Source of the DNA: Candidatus Poribacteria bacterium
Lineage (GTDB): Bacteria > Poribacteria > WGA-4E > PCPOR2b
Assembly: GCA_965198175.1 (NCBI GenBank)
Contig: OZ240245.1
Coordinates: 4,384,001-4,448,000, forward strand
Length of the DNA stretch: 64,000 nt
Direction of reading: 5' to 3'
Below, piece by piece: positions 19,430 through 27,512 of the stretch. The notes below the pieces were generated by a model that saw only the letters and a program-made list of their open reading frames with translations, ran no database searches and had not been told where the DNA came from. The stretch's first letter is position 1. The number at the start of each line of letters is the position of its first letter. A program made the position numbers and the translations under genes.

Positions 19430-20287
19430 ATGTTCAGGCACAGAGTAACATCACTAGCGATTCTCGTAGTTCTAAGTTTGTTCGTTCAAAGTGTTGACGC
19501 ACACCTCCCAAATTTCTCTATAGAGCCAACCGCAACGGTAGAGGAACACGTAACAGGAGACCCTTGCGTCGTAAGAATGGTTTGTAGCGCTCAATGCACA
19601 TTAAATACCGGCAATCAATCTGGTCGAAATCATCTACACAAAGGTTATGTCTGGTTGCAGGTTTATTATCATGAACCTGGCGGCTCGCCGAATGTTGGAC
19701 GCGGTGATTACAAGTTTTGGCCAGAAAGCGGTAGGGTACACGATCTGTTCGGAGAACGTAGGTATGTCTCCCCAACAATAAGCCTTGTGAAAACAATAGC
19801 CACAGGCGAATGTTGGCACGGAGACGCAGAAGCAAAAGGGTCGCTATGGACTCCCGGAGATACATATCAATATCATGACGAAGATAATGACTTAGAAACC
19901 ATCTGCAGCCCATGTCAAGGTGGAGCCGCACAAGCACACCAAGAACCACAAAATTCAGAATTAGAAATTCAAAACATCCAACATGACGACAACATAGAGT
20001 TGGCTTTAGACAGCGAAATCGAATTGGCACGCCTAACTAACCCTAATATAGATTCCGCCATCTACTTTGAAGGTCGTATCCTAACCCTAGAATCCGATCC
20101 TAATAAAGTTTATGTTTATGAATCTAATGACTCAGACTATACACTTACACTCGGCTATCCCGATGGAAACCAAAACGTAGAACTAGACCCATTAGACGGC
20201 GTGGAATATCAATCACCAGCAGCACCGCCTAAACTAAAACCACGACGGACATTAACTACAACCTGGGCTTCTGTAAAACAGAAGTAG
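19430..20287 (+). CDS. Secreted Cys-containing protein with C-terminal TTTWASVK motif
   Basis: GGAGG RBS, signal peptide ending VDA, C-term AAPPKLKPRRTLTTTWASVKQK. Confidence 0.8.
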   Translation: MFRHRVTSLAILVVLSLFVQSVDAHLPNFSIEPTATVEEHVTGDPCVVRMVCSAQCTLNTGNQSGRNHLHKGYVWLQVYYHEPGGSPNVGRGDYKFWPESGRVHDLFGERRYVSPTISLVKTIATGECWHGDAEAKGSLWTPGDTYQYHDEDNDLETICSPCQGGAAQAHQEPQNSELEIQNIQHDDNIELALDSEIELARLTNPNIDSAIYFEGRILTLESDPNKVYVYESNDSDYTLTLGYPDGNQNVELDPLDGVEYQSPAAPPKLKPRRTLTTTWASVKQK

Positions 20288-20297
20288 CTTCAAAACA

Positions 20298-20328
20298 GCG
20301 AAGGCTACTAAACCCCGGTAGCCTTCGC
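20298..20328 (+). other. Perfect intergenic hairpin without U-tract
   Basis: GCGAAGGCTAC / GTAGCCTTCGC 11-bp stem. Confidence 0.6.
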
Positions 20329-20363
20329 ACCGTCCATCGAACAACGGAAGGAGGGCAACAACA

Positions 20364-21179
20364 ATGAAAGTGAAAATGATTCTATCGGTTATTATTTCAA
20401 TCGCCATATTGGCTTGTGGAGATAATGAGAGGCCAGTAATCGATCGCGTGGTTGCTCCTGAACCTAAGCCCATTAAGCCCAATCTTGCAGCACCTGTCAT
20501 CAAGAAAATCGTTGTACCAGACCAGATTCGCGCGGGTGCGCGCATTACACTTGAAGCAGTAGCTGAAGACGAAGATGGGAATACACTCACCTATACCTGG
20601 CAAGCGCCGGGGAAATTGAAGTATACGAAAACATTGTCGTCGATAGTGTTTTGGACTGCACCAATTGATTTGGGCGTCGCAACCATTACTCTAACCGTCG
20701 ACGATGGGATAAACAAAACCACTAAATCGGCGGAGGTCAAAGTCACTAATTCCTTAATCGTGCCAGGAGAGGAAATCGCGGGCATTAAGCTGAGCGACCG
20801 GCTCTGGAGAATAATTGACCTGTATGGAGAGCCTACCCATCGCGAGGAATCTACCATCACAGATAGATGGGACACCAGGGTCAACTGGAAAAACGCTGGA
20901 TTAACCGTTTATCTTCGTTCCAATCGTATCCGCGAAATAATGATAAGCGCGCCGCACACTGCAAAAACCGAAGGAGGCAACGGTATCGGCAGCAACTGCG
21001 ACGATGTAAGAGACGAATTAACTAGCAAATTTGGGCAAAACCAAGGCGGTGGAAGTAGTTCAGAGAAATATCAACATTACGATTGGGATTACGCCGGTAT
21101 TGAAGTAAGATGCAGACTCGCCACCGTCGTACAGTTTGTCATCAGAGAAAAGGAACCGAAGTTTGCGAACCTTAAATAA
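20364..21179 (+). CDS. Lipoprotein with Ig/PKD-like domain and C-terminal domain of unknown function
   Basis: lipobox ILAC; DEDGNTLTYTW, WTAP, TITLTVDDG. Confidence 0.8.
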   Translation: MKVKMILSVIISIAILACGDNERPVIDRVVAPEPKPIKPNLAAPVIKKIVVPDQIRAGARITLEAVAEDEDGNTLTYTWQAPGKLKYTKTLSSIVFWTAPIDLGVATITLTVDDGINKTTKSAEVKVTNSLIVPGEEIAGIKLSDRLWRIIDLYGEPTHREESTITDRWDTRVNWKNAGLTVYLRSNRIREIMISAPHTAKTEGGNGIGSNCDDVRDELTSKFGQNQGGGSSSEKYQHYDWDYAGIEVRCRLATVVQFVIREKEPKFANLK

Positions 21180-21330
21180 CGACAGCACGAAGCTGTACCT
21201 TCCATGGCTAGTTGATTATAAAAAGGCAGGACATAAGCTTAAAAATGTTCTTGTTGACTATTGTAATCAACCCGGTAATTGTGCACGTGTCCCTTACTGT
21301 AGATGAGCCGGTCGAACCCGGTACTAGAAG

Positions 21331-21400
21331 CAGTTGCCAGTGACAGTGGTCAGTAACCAGTAAAAACTGTATTTCACTGGCTACTAGCCACTGGACACTG
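21331..21400. repeat. Palindrome built from 7-bp periodic CAGT/ACTG units
   Basis: CAGTTGC CAGTGA CAGTGGT CAGTAAC CAGT ... ACTGGCT ACTAGCC ACTGGAC ACTG. Confidence 0.75.
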
Positions 21401-21623
21401 CCTTTTCATTTCCCACATTTGAACCGAGCGACCGCTTCGCGTTCTGCGAGTTCCGCACACGCATAATGCGCTGGCATTGCCGGTGATTTCCAACGCCCGC
21501 TGTTTGCATCTCAACAACGGTTGCACCGGCACGCGCTAGCGAGACCGCAGAGCCGACACGGAGCGAATGTCCGCTGATGAATCCTTCAACGCCCGCTTCA
21601 TTTGCCCACCGCTTGGGGAGAAA

Positions 21624-21654
21624 CTATCGCCTTCGCTATCCCGCTCAGTTGATC
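21624..21654. repeat. 30-bp micro-repeat copy (31 nt) inside recombinase pseudogene
   Basis: CTATCGCCTTCGCTATCCCGCTCAGTTGATC, near-identical to the reverse complement of 42410-42439. Confidence 0.8.
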
Positions 21655-22010
21655 GTTCCGTGCACCGTCAACCGATAGCCGTCCCTTCCCAAGATGCTGT
21701 TGGTATCGAACCCGGCGGAACAGCGCCCCGGATTCGATGCCGGCTTTCCTGCAGGTAACGCTTAATCGCGCGCCGTGTCGATTCACCGATATAAAGCGCT
21801 TCACCGCGCCCCTCTTGGTTAGTCTTGCTCTGCTGGATTGCCAACACTCCGCCTTGGATATCCTCGACGTTCACCGCGACGACTAACGAACACACGCGCT
21901 CAATGTCCGTCCATGTCAAGCCGTTCACTTGACCGCGACCGCGTATCACCCCGTCTCGACGGATACCAGTCAGCGTCCGTTCTGCGATTACATCCACAAC
22001 ATCGGAAACT

Positions 22011-22040
22011 CTATCGCCCTCGTTATTCACTCGGTTGATC
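22011..22040. repeat. 30-bp micro-repeat copy, in frame inside recombinase pseudogene
   Basis: CTATCGCCCTCGTTATTCACTCGGTTGATC, 1 mismatch to 50089-50118. Confidence 0.8.
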
Positions 22041-22156
22041 CCCGCGTTATTAGCGCACCACTTGATATTGACGACCGCTTGCGCAATCGTAGCCGGCGAT
22101 TTCCCCGTTTCGTGAAGGTGCGTGAAGTAGTCCACAATCACGCTGCCGTTGAGAGG

Positions 22157-22228
22157 CAGTGGCTAGTGACGAGTGATGAGTTAAAATCATCGTTTTGCCC
22201 CCCACTCTCCACTTAGCACTAGTCACTG
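22157..22228. repeat. Heptamer-periodic palindromic insert (MITE-like)
   Basis: CAGTGGCTAGTG...CACTAGTCACTG terminal inverted repeats, 7-bp periodicity. Confidence 0.7.
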
Positions 22229-22293
22229 TTCTTTTCGTCCACGCCTCGCGTTTTAATAGCGCGTGTCGATAGGCTTCAAGTCTTCTAAAGCTG

Positions 22294-23448
22294 TCATTTG
22301 CGTTGTTGCTCAGCGTCGAGAATCAATGATTTTGCAATTCGGATGATTTCAGGTTGGTGTAACTCGCTGATTAAAGCAAAATTGACCTCACCTTGAAACC
22401 ATTTAAGAATAAGTGTCTGATGACGTTTCATAATTTCCACAGGTGTTCCGTCGAATTGCATGATTTTAACTCCACCCCCTGAGAAGGTCTGCACACCTCG
22501 TTGCTTACGACGCGACTTGCGTTTTGATTCAAACAGAGAGAATTCCATGAGTCCATCGGTATATCGTAAATGGGCTGTCGGTCTAGGAGCTCGAAGAGAC
22601 ATCGCTCGCTTAGGACCGAATTCAATCTGCGTAATCTGCTGTAATTTAAACCCTGGTGGAAGGTATGCTGGTAAAACTAACCGATTATCCAGTGCCTTTT
22701 GTGCATCTGACAAGGATATGGATTTACCGCGTCGTTGAGAATCGTCGGGCTTGAATTTCTTTTTGGATTGAAATTCAGCTAATTCTTCCTGTATTTTTTC
22801 GGGCTGGAAACTAATCTGGGTATAGACTGACAGAAATCGGAGATTCTCTTTGGCGTCAAGGTGTTCAATTCTCAAGATAACTCCCTTATTCTCTGCTATC
22901 CAGATGCGCTTTGTTGGTCTATCCTCAATTTCGGGCCGAGGGGCAATGGTCAACAGGTTGGTCTTGTAGCCAGCAATCTTCTCTTCAGTGGTGTGATACT
23001 GAACAGTGTAATTCTGAACTAATAACTCCGAATTGTTCTGCGATAATCGCTCAACAATTTTGTGTGGTGCGCGGAAAAAAGCCTTTCCTTCAAAATGACG
23101 TCTGATAGGCGCTTCAGATTTAGAGCCTGCTCTTCCGCGTTTCCTCCAGCCGCCACGAGATTTTGGGCGAGAACGCTCGTATAACGGCGCTACCATCTTA
23201 ATAAGATGAATTGAAGGGGGCTGGTGGACAACAAGCTCCTCACGTGCAGAACAACCGTCGTGCGTCCAACTAATCAATAACCGTTTACCAACATAGCTGA
23301 CCTCATGTTCCGCTGACTTCAGACGTTGAAAAATTTCAGAAGCAAGATCAAGTGAATCGTTTGACTCAGTTTCTGCCGCTGCATCGCATGTCACAATCAG
23401 CAGAGCGAACATGATATTCAAGATTTGTCGTTTTTGTCTGAAAATCAT
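22294..23448 (-). CDS. MucB/RseB-like periplasmic sigma regulator with C-terminal DUF4367-like domain
   Basis: SYVG, NY.V...EKIAG, RIWI....GVILR, P.YLP.GF, HLRYTDGL..FSLFE; third gene of ECF operon. Confidence 0.75.
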   Translation of the reverse strand: MIFRQKRQILNIMFALLIVTCDAAAETESNDSLDLASEIFQRLKSAEHEVSYVGKRLLISWTHDGCSAREELVVHQPPSIHLIKMVAPLYERSRPKSRGGWRKRGRAGSKSEAPIRRHFEGKAFFRAPHKIVERLSQNNSELLVQNYTVQYHTTEEKIAGYKTNLLTIAPRPEIEDRPTKRIWIAENKGVILRIEHLDAKENLRFLSVYTQISFQPEKIQEELAEFQSKKKFKPDDSQRRGKSISLSDAQKALDNRLVLPAYLPPGFKLQQITQIEFGPKRAMSLRAPRPTAHLRYTDGLMEFSLFESKRKSRRKQRGVQTFSGGGVKIMQFDGTPVEIMKRHQTLILKWFQGEVNFALISELHQPEIIRIAKSLILDAEQQRK

Positions 23449-23452
23449 GGAT

Positions 23453-23965
23453 TTAATCTCCGAAATGGGCAGCTAGGAAGATTTCAGTTTCTTCTGGAAG
23501 CTCTGGTTCAGTGTGTTCAAAGGGTTGATTGACGTTGGTGTTTTGCGCGACGAGATTGTGCATTTCATTATCCGTGTGAATCGCCACGTATAAGTCGATC
23601 AGATCATCGTGGTAATTCTGATTCGGATTGAAATAAATTAATGCTAACACCAAGCACGCGATGACAAACGTCCCCACAACCGCAGGAACTGGGCGAAAGA
23701 CCCATCGGTGCCAGATATGACCGGAGCGGCTGCGGTTTTTGGTCTGCCGTCCGCTGATTATCTGTTCTTGAACAGCTTCCCAAATCCTCGGCGGTGTCGG
23801 CTGCCGTAAATCTGCAATCCATTGGCTGTTTTGCTTGAGTTCTGAAAGGATTTCGGCACATTCATCACAAGCGTGTATGTGCATCTCAAGTTGTTCACGT
23901 TCTTGTAGGCTTAATTCATCATCCACATACGCAGACAGCAGTTTTTGAATACGACGATGTTTCAT
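23453..23965 (-). CDS. Anti-sigma factor (zf-HC2/ZAS + TM)
   Basis: LSAYVDDEL..HIHACDEC, single TM helix. Confidence 0.88.
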   Translation of the reverse strand: MKHRRIQKLLSAYVDDELSLQEREQLEMHIHACDECAEILSELKQNSQWIADLRQPTPPRIWEAVQEQIISGRQTKNRSRSGHIWHRWVFRPVPAVVGTFVIACLVLALIYFNPNQNYHDDLIDLYVAIHTDNEMHNLVAQNTNVNQPFEHTEPELPEETEIFLAAHFGD

Positions 23966-23971
23966 ATGAGC

Positions 23972-24589
23972 TCACCAATCTTTCTGTTTCAAAATCTTTC
24001 TCAATATAGTTCTTGCCTCATGCAGACGTGATTTCACGCGCCCAACGGAGCAATTGAGCACTTCCGCTAACTCATCGTAAGACAGGTTTTCCATCTCACG
24101 AAGGATGAGAATCTTTCGGTAATCTTGTTTGAGCTGTCCCAGGGCAGCTTGCAGCATCTCTTGTTGTTCAGCTAAAAGAACCTCTTTTTCAGGCGTTCTG
24201 GAATCAATAGGTGTCCAGGCTTGCGAATCATCCATTTCCGTTGGCGATGTCTGGCGTCGCTGGCGGCGATTTTTCTCATTGATGCACATGTTTGTCACAA
24301 TCCGATAAAGCCATGTGGAAAAACGAGATTTGAATTGGAACTGCCCGATCTTTTCCCAGACCGATAGGAACACATCCTGAGTGATATCTTGCGCATCTTC
24401 CGAACTACCGAGCATACCGTAGGCGATATTGTAGACCTGATTCTGATACAGACGCACAATCTGTTCCATCGCCTGAGAATCACCCCCTTGGCAGTGCTTA
24501 ACTAATTCTCGTTCCTGTTGGTCGCCCGGTTCTTCAACCTCTTCGGAGATGAAATGCGCAACGGATGAACTTTCCATAGTTGACAGCAC
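23972..24589 (-). CDS. ECF RNA polymerase sigma factor (RpoE/SigW-like)
   Basis: DAQDITQDVF, FSTWLYRI, LSYDELAEVL..SVGRVKSRL. Confidence 0.93.
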   Translation of the reverse strand: MLSTMESSSVAHFISEEVEEPGDQQERELVKHCQGGDSQAMEQIVRLYQNQVYNIAYGMLGSSEDAQDITQDVFLSVWEKIGQFQFKSRFSTWLYRIVTNMCINEKNRRQRRQTSPTEMDDSQAWTPIDSRTPEKEVLLAEQQEMLQAALGQLKQDYRKILILREMENLSYDELAEVLNCSVGRVKSRLHEARTILRKILKQKDW

Positions 24590-24614
24590 AACCTGTTTTT
24601 TTTCATGTTATTGC

Positions 24615-24641
24615 TTAGACAAACAACCTTGAAAAAGGTTC
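24615..24641 (-). promoter_or_regulatory. ECF (sigmaE-type) autoregulatory promoter
   Basis: minus strand GAACCT-16 nt-TCTAA directly upstream of the ECF gene. Confidence 0.7.
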
Positions 24642-24953
24642 GCTTTTTGGGAGAAACACTTCATCAGAAGATATTTTGCCATAGTCCGGCGTCTAAGGCA
24701 AGCCGAAAAACGGGCTTGGACTTATTCTGTCACGATTCTCAGACCGGGATTCACCAATCTAAGCAGTGGTCATTAACCTTGAATGCAACGATGGAACAGG
24801 GGCATTGCAGATTGGCAATCTGATGAGGCGATCGTACTCTGCCGCCGAAGTACAGGATCTACGAATGCTCACCAAGCTCGGAGATTGTTAATGGGAGGAT
24901 TGCCAAATCTCCACTTGACGAGAAGATGACTTCGTGATAATATACTTGCTGTC

Positions 24954-27512
24954 ATGAAACAGAAAATCTGGAACGTCAGAAGCCCCAATATTGAGACAAG
25001 CACTCGACTAGCGGTGAGGCTGGGTATCCCGCAGTTAATCGCCCAACTGCTTGTCAACCGAGGGATTGAGACGGAGGAAGCGGCGCGAGTACATTTGTAT
25101 CCAACGTTTTCTAATCTTCATTCACCGTTCCAGATGTACGGTATGGAAAAAGCGGTTGAACGTCTTCATTCAGCGATCAAGGGTGGAGAAAAGATTTGGG
25201 TCTACGGAGATTATGACACAGATGGGACGACGGCTACAGCACTGTTGCTGAACACATTTCGCAATCTTGATGTTCCTGTTAATTTTCATATTCCCAATCG
25301 ATTTGAAGAAGGGTATGGTCTCAACAAAACTGCGCTTCGCAGATTAGGGGAGGATGGTTGCAATCTTTTAATCACTGTCGATTGCGGCATCACTTCAATT
25401 CAAGAGGTACGCTTTGCGAACGAAATCGGGATAGACGTAATTATTACAGACCACCATCAGCCGCGTCCCGATGCACTCCCTCCCGCTTATGCGGTGATTA
25501 CCCCCAAAATGCCGGAGAGCGAGTATCCTTTCGAAGGGCTTGCCGGAGTCGGATTAGCCTTCAAGCTTGCCCATGGATTGATAGGTGATGTTGAGGTATC
25601 CCCTTTTTTGCAATCTCAACTAGATTTAGTTGCGCTTGGCACAGTTGTGGACATCGCAACGTTAACCGGCGAAAATCGGGTGCTTACAAAATTGGGGCTG
25701 GCAGAACTCAATAAGCGCGAACGTCCGGGCATTCGCGCACTCTGCGACGTAGCGAACTATAGTCCTGATAAGCCTATCGTTGGACATACGTTATCTTATG
25801 TGTTGGGTCCACGTCTTAATGCTGCCGGACGGATGGACGCCGCCGAGAAAGTCGTTCGTTTACTGACGGTGGACTCCTACGAAGAGGCGTTACCGATCGC
25901 TGAGGAACTAGACACTCATAATCGAGAGCGGCGGGACGCGGAAAATCGCATTCGGAAACAAGCAATCGCTAAGATTAAAAAGGATGTGGATCTAGATAAA
26001 GTTAAAGGTCTTGTCATCGCGCACAAGGGGTGGCATCAAGGGGTTATTGGAATTGTCGCCTCGCGGATTCTTGAGCAATATTATCGTCCTGTATTTCTTC
26101 TGGCAATTGATGGCGAAGAAGCGCACGGGTCAGGACGCGGCATTGACGGCATTAACCTCGCGGATAGCCTGAACGCTTGCACCGACCTGCTAATTAAGCA
26201 CGGGGGACACAAAGCGGCAGCCGGGCTAACAATTAAAACGGAGAACATCCCGAAATTTGAGAGACGGTTTAATCGCTACGTTTGTGAGCATCTCTCCGAC
26301 GAAGATTTCATTCAGCAGTTGAGCATAGAGTTTGAAATTCAGATGTCTTATTTATCCTTAGAAGTCATTCAGAAACTTCACCTTCTTGAACCTTTTGGTG
26401 AGGATAATCCCTCACCGCGAATTGCTATGCGTAACTTGTCGCTTCAGCGACCACCCCGTTTAATCGGAAAAGAAAATAATCATCTTAAACTATTTGTGAC
26501 GGATGGGCGTCAAACCGCAGAAGCTGTCGGGTGGCAAATGTCTGATTACTTCATTTCATTGAAAAATCAAAATATTCGTTTAGATTTGGCTTTTGATCCA
26601 GAGATTAGCGAATGGGACAACACCCCTTGCATCCAACTGAACATTGCGGACCTCCAAATCATCACGCTTGACGCCAATTCCCAACAGCACTTGTTCCCAA
26701 CCGATGAGATGGAGAGTTCAGTTAAGATTGTTGATCGCAGAAATGTAAAGAGTAAAGGTAAGTACCTCTCAAAGTTGCTTAATCGAGGTGAACCCGCCCT
26801 GCTGTATGTGCGAGATGCACAGGCATTGGACCAACTACTTGAGATGGTCAATGCAAAGGGGGATTTCTTAATTTCGGGGTGTAACGCTGATACGCCCGAT
26901 CCTGAAAGACGGGTGATAGTAGATAAGTTGGCACATCGAGAACTGCTTGCAGTTGTTTCGAGTTGTACTTTGAGTGACCTACCTCACGTCACACATCTTG
27001 TTTTTTGCCATCCTGTTCCTGAACCGCTAACGTTTTTCAATCGATGTCAACTTGCTTTCCAATATCCTGAAACGACGTATATTCACCTCCTCTACAGTGC
27101 AGAGGACATGAAGTGGATGCAACAATGGTTATCCCAGCAATATCCGAAGCGGCAAGTGCTTGAGGGGTTGTACAAAAGGCTACGATTCTTGAGCCAAGAA
27201 AACGGTGAGCGACTCACGCTTGAAGAAATAATTGCAGATGCCGACGAAGCATCAATTCCAAAACCGGCTGTTATCAGCGGGCTTTCGATTCTTGAAGAAT
27301 TGCAACTGGTGACGCGGGATACGGATTTGTTTGAGCGTGAAATCCAGCTTTTGCCACCTCCATCGAAAAAAAGACAACTCCACGAGTCTGAAACCTACCT
27401 GAATGGAGAGCAGATCAAACAAACTAGCCTATCATTCTCGGATTTTCAGTTAAGACAGAATATTCAACAGATTTGGAAGAGAATAGATTATGAGTGTCGA
27501 AACTCTAATTAA
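24954..27512 (+). CDS. recJ: ssDNA exonuclease RecJ with long C-terminal extension
   Basis: YGDYDTDG, TVDCG, TDHH, GPRLNAAGR, GSGR, GGHKAAAG, EPFGEDNP. Confidence 0.95.
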   Translation: MKQKIWNVRSPNIETSTRLAVRLGIPQLIAQLLVNRGIETEEAARVHLYPTFSNLHSPFQMYGMEKAVERLHSAIKGGEKIWVYGDYDTDGTTATALLLNTFRNLDVPVNFHIPNRFEEGYGLNKTALRRLGEDGCNLLITVDCGITSIQEVRFANEIGIDVIITDHHQPRPDALPPAYAVITPKMPESEYPFEGLAGVGLAFKLAHGLIGDVEVSPFLQSQLDLVALGTVVDIATLTGENRVLTKLGLAELNKRERPGIRALCDVANYSPDKPIVGHTLSYVLGPRLNAAGRMDAAEKVVRLLTVDSYEEALPIAEELDTHNRERRDAENRIRKQAIAKIKKDVDLDKVKGLVIAHKGWHQGVIGIVASRILEQYYRPVFLLAIDGEEAHGSGRGIDGINLADSLNACTDLLIKHGGHKAAAGLTIKTENIPKFERRFNRYVCEHLSDEDFIQQLSIEFEIQMSYLSLEVIQKLHLLEPFGEDNPSPRIAMRNLSLQRPPRLIGKENNHLKLFVTDGRQTAEAVGWQMSDYFISLKNQNIRLDLAFDPEISEWDNTPCIQLNIADLQIITLDANSQQHLFPTDEMESSVKIVDRRNVKSKGKYLSKLLNRGEPALLYVRDAQALDQLLEMVNAKGDFLISGCNADTPDPERRVIVDKLAHRELLAVVSSCTLSDLPHVTHLVFCHPVPEPLTFFNRCQLAFQYPETTYIHLLYSAEDMKWMQQWLSQQYPKRQVLEGLYKRLRFLSQENGERLTLEEIIADADEASIPKPAVISGLSILEELQLVTRDTDLFEREIQLLPPPSKKRQLHESETYLNGEQIKQTSLSFSDFQLRQNIQQIWKRIDYECRNSN

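Larger units (their letters stand above)
21406..22274 (-). pseudogene. Cre-like tyrosine recombinase, multiply frameshifted and interrupted
   Basis: fragments AYRHAL..W, GKSPATI, SKTNQEGRG, ISGHSLRVGSA, (G)RWKSPAMPAHYA in different frames. Confidence 0.85.

Noticed and set aside
24785..24830. Fluoride riboswitch (GATGG...CTGATGA)
   Set aside because: The pseudoknot complement after TGATG is missing and the downstream genes do not fit.
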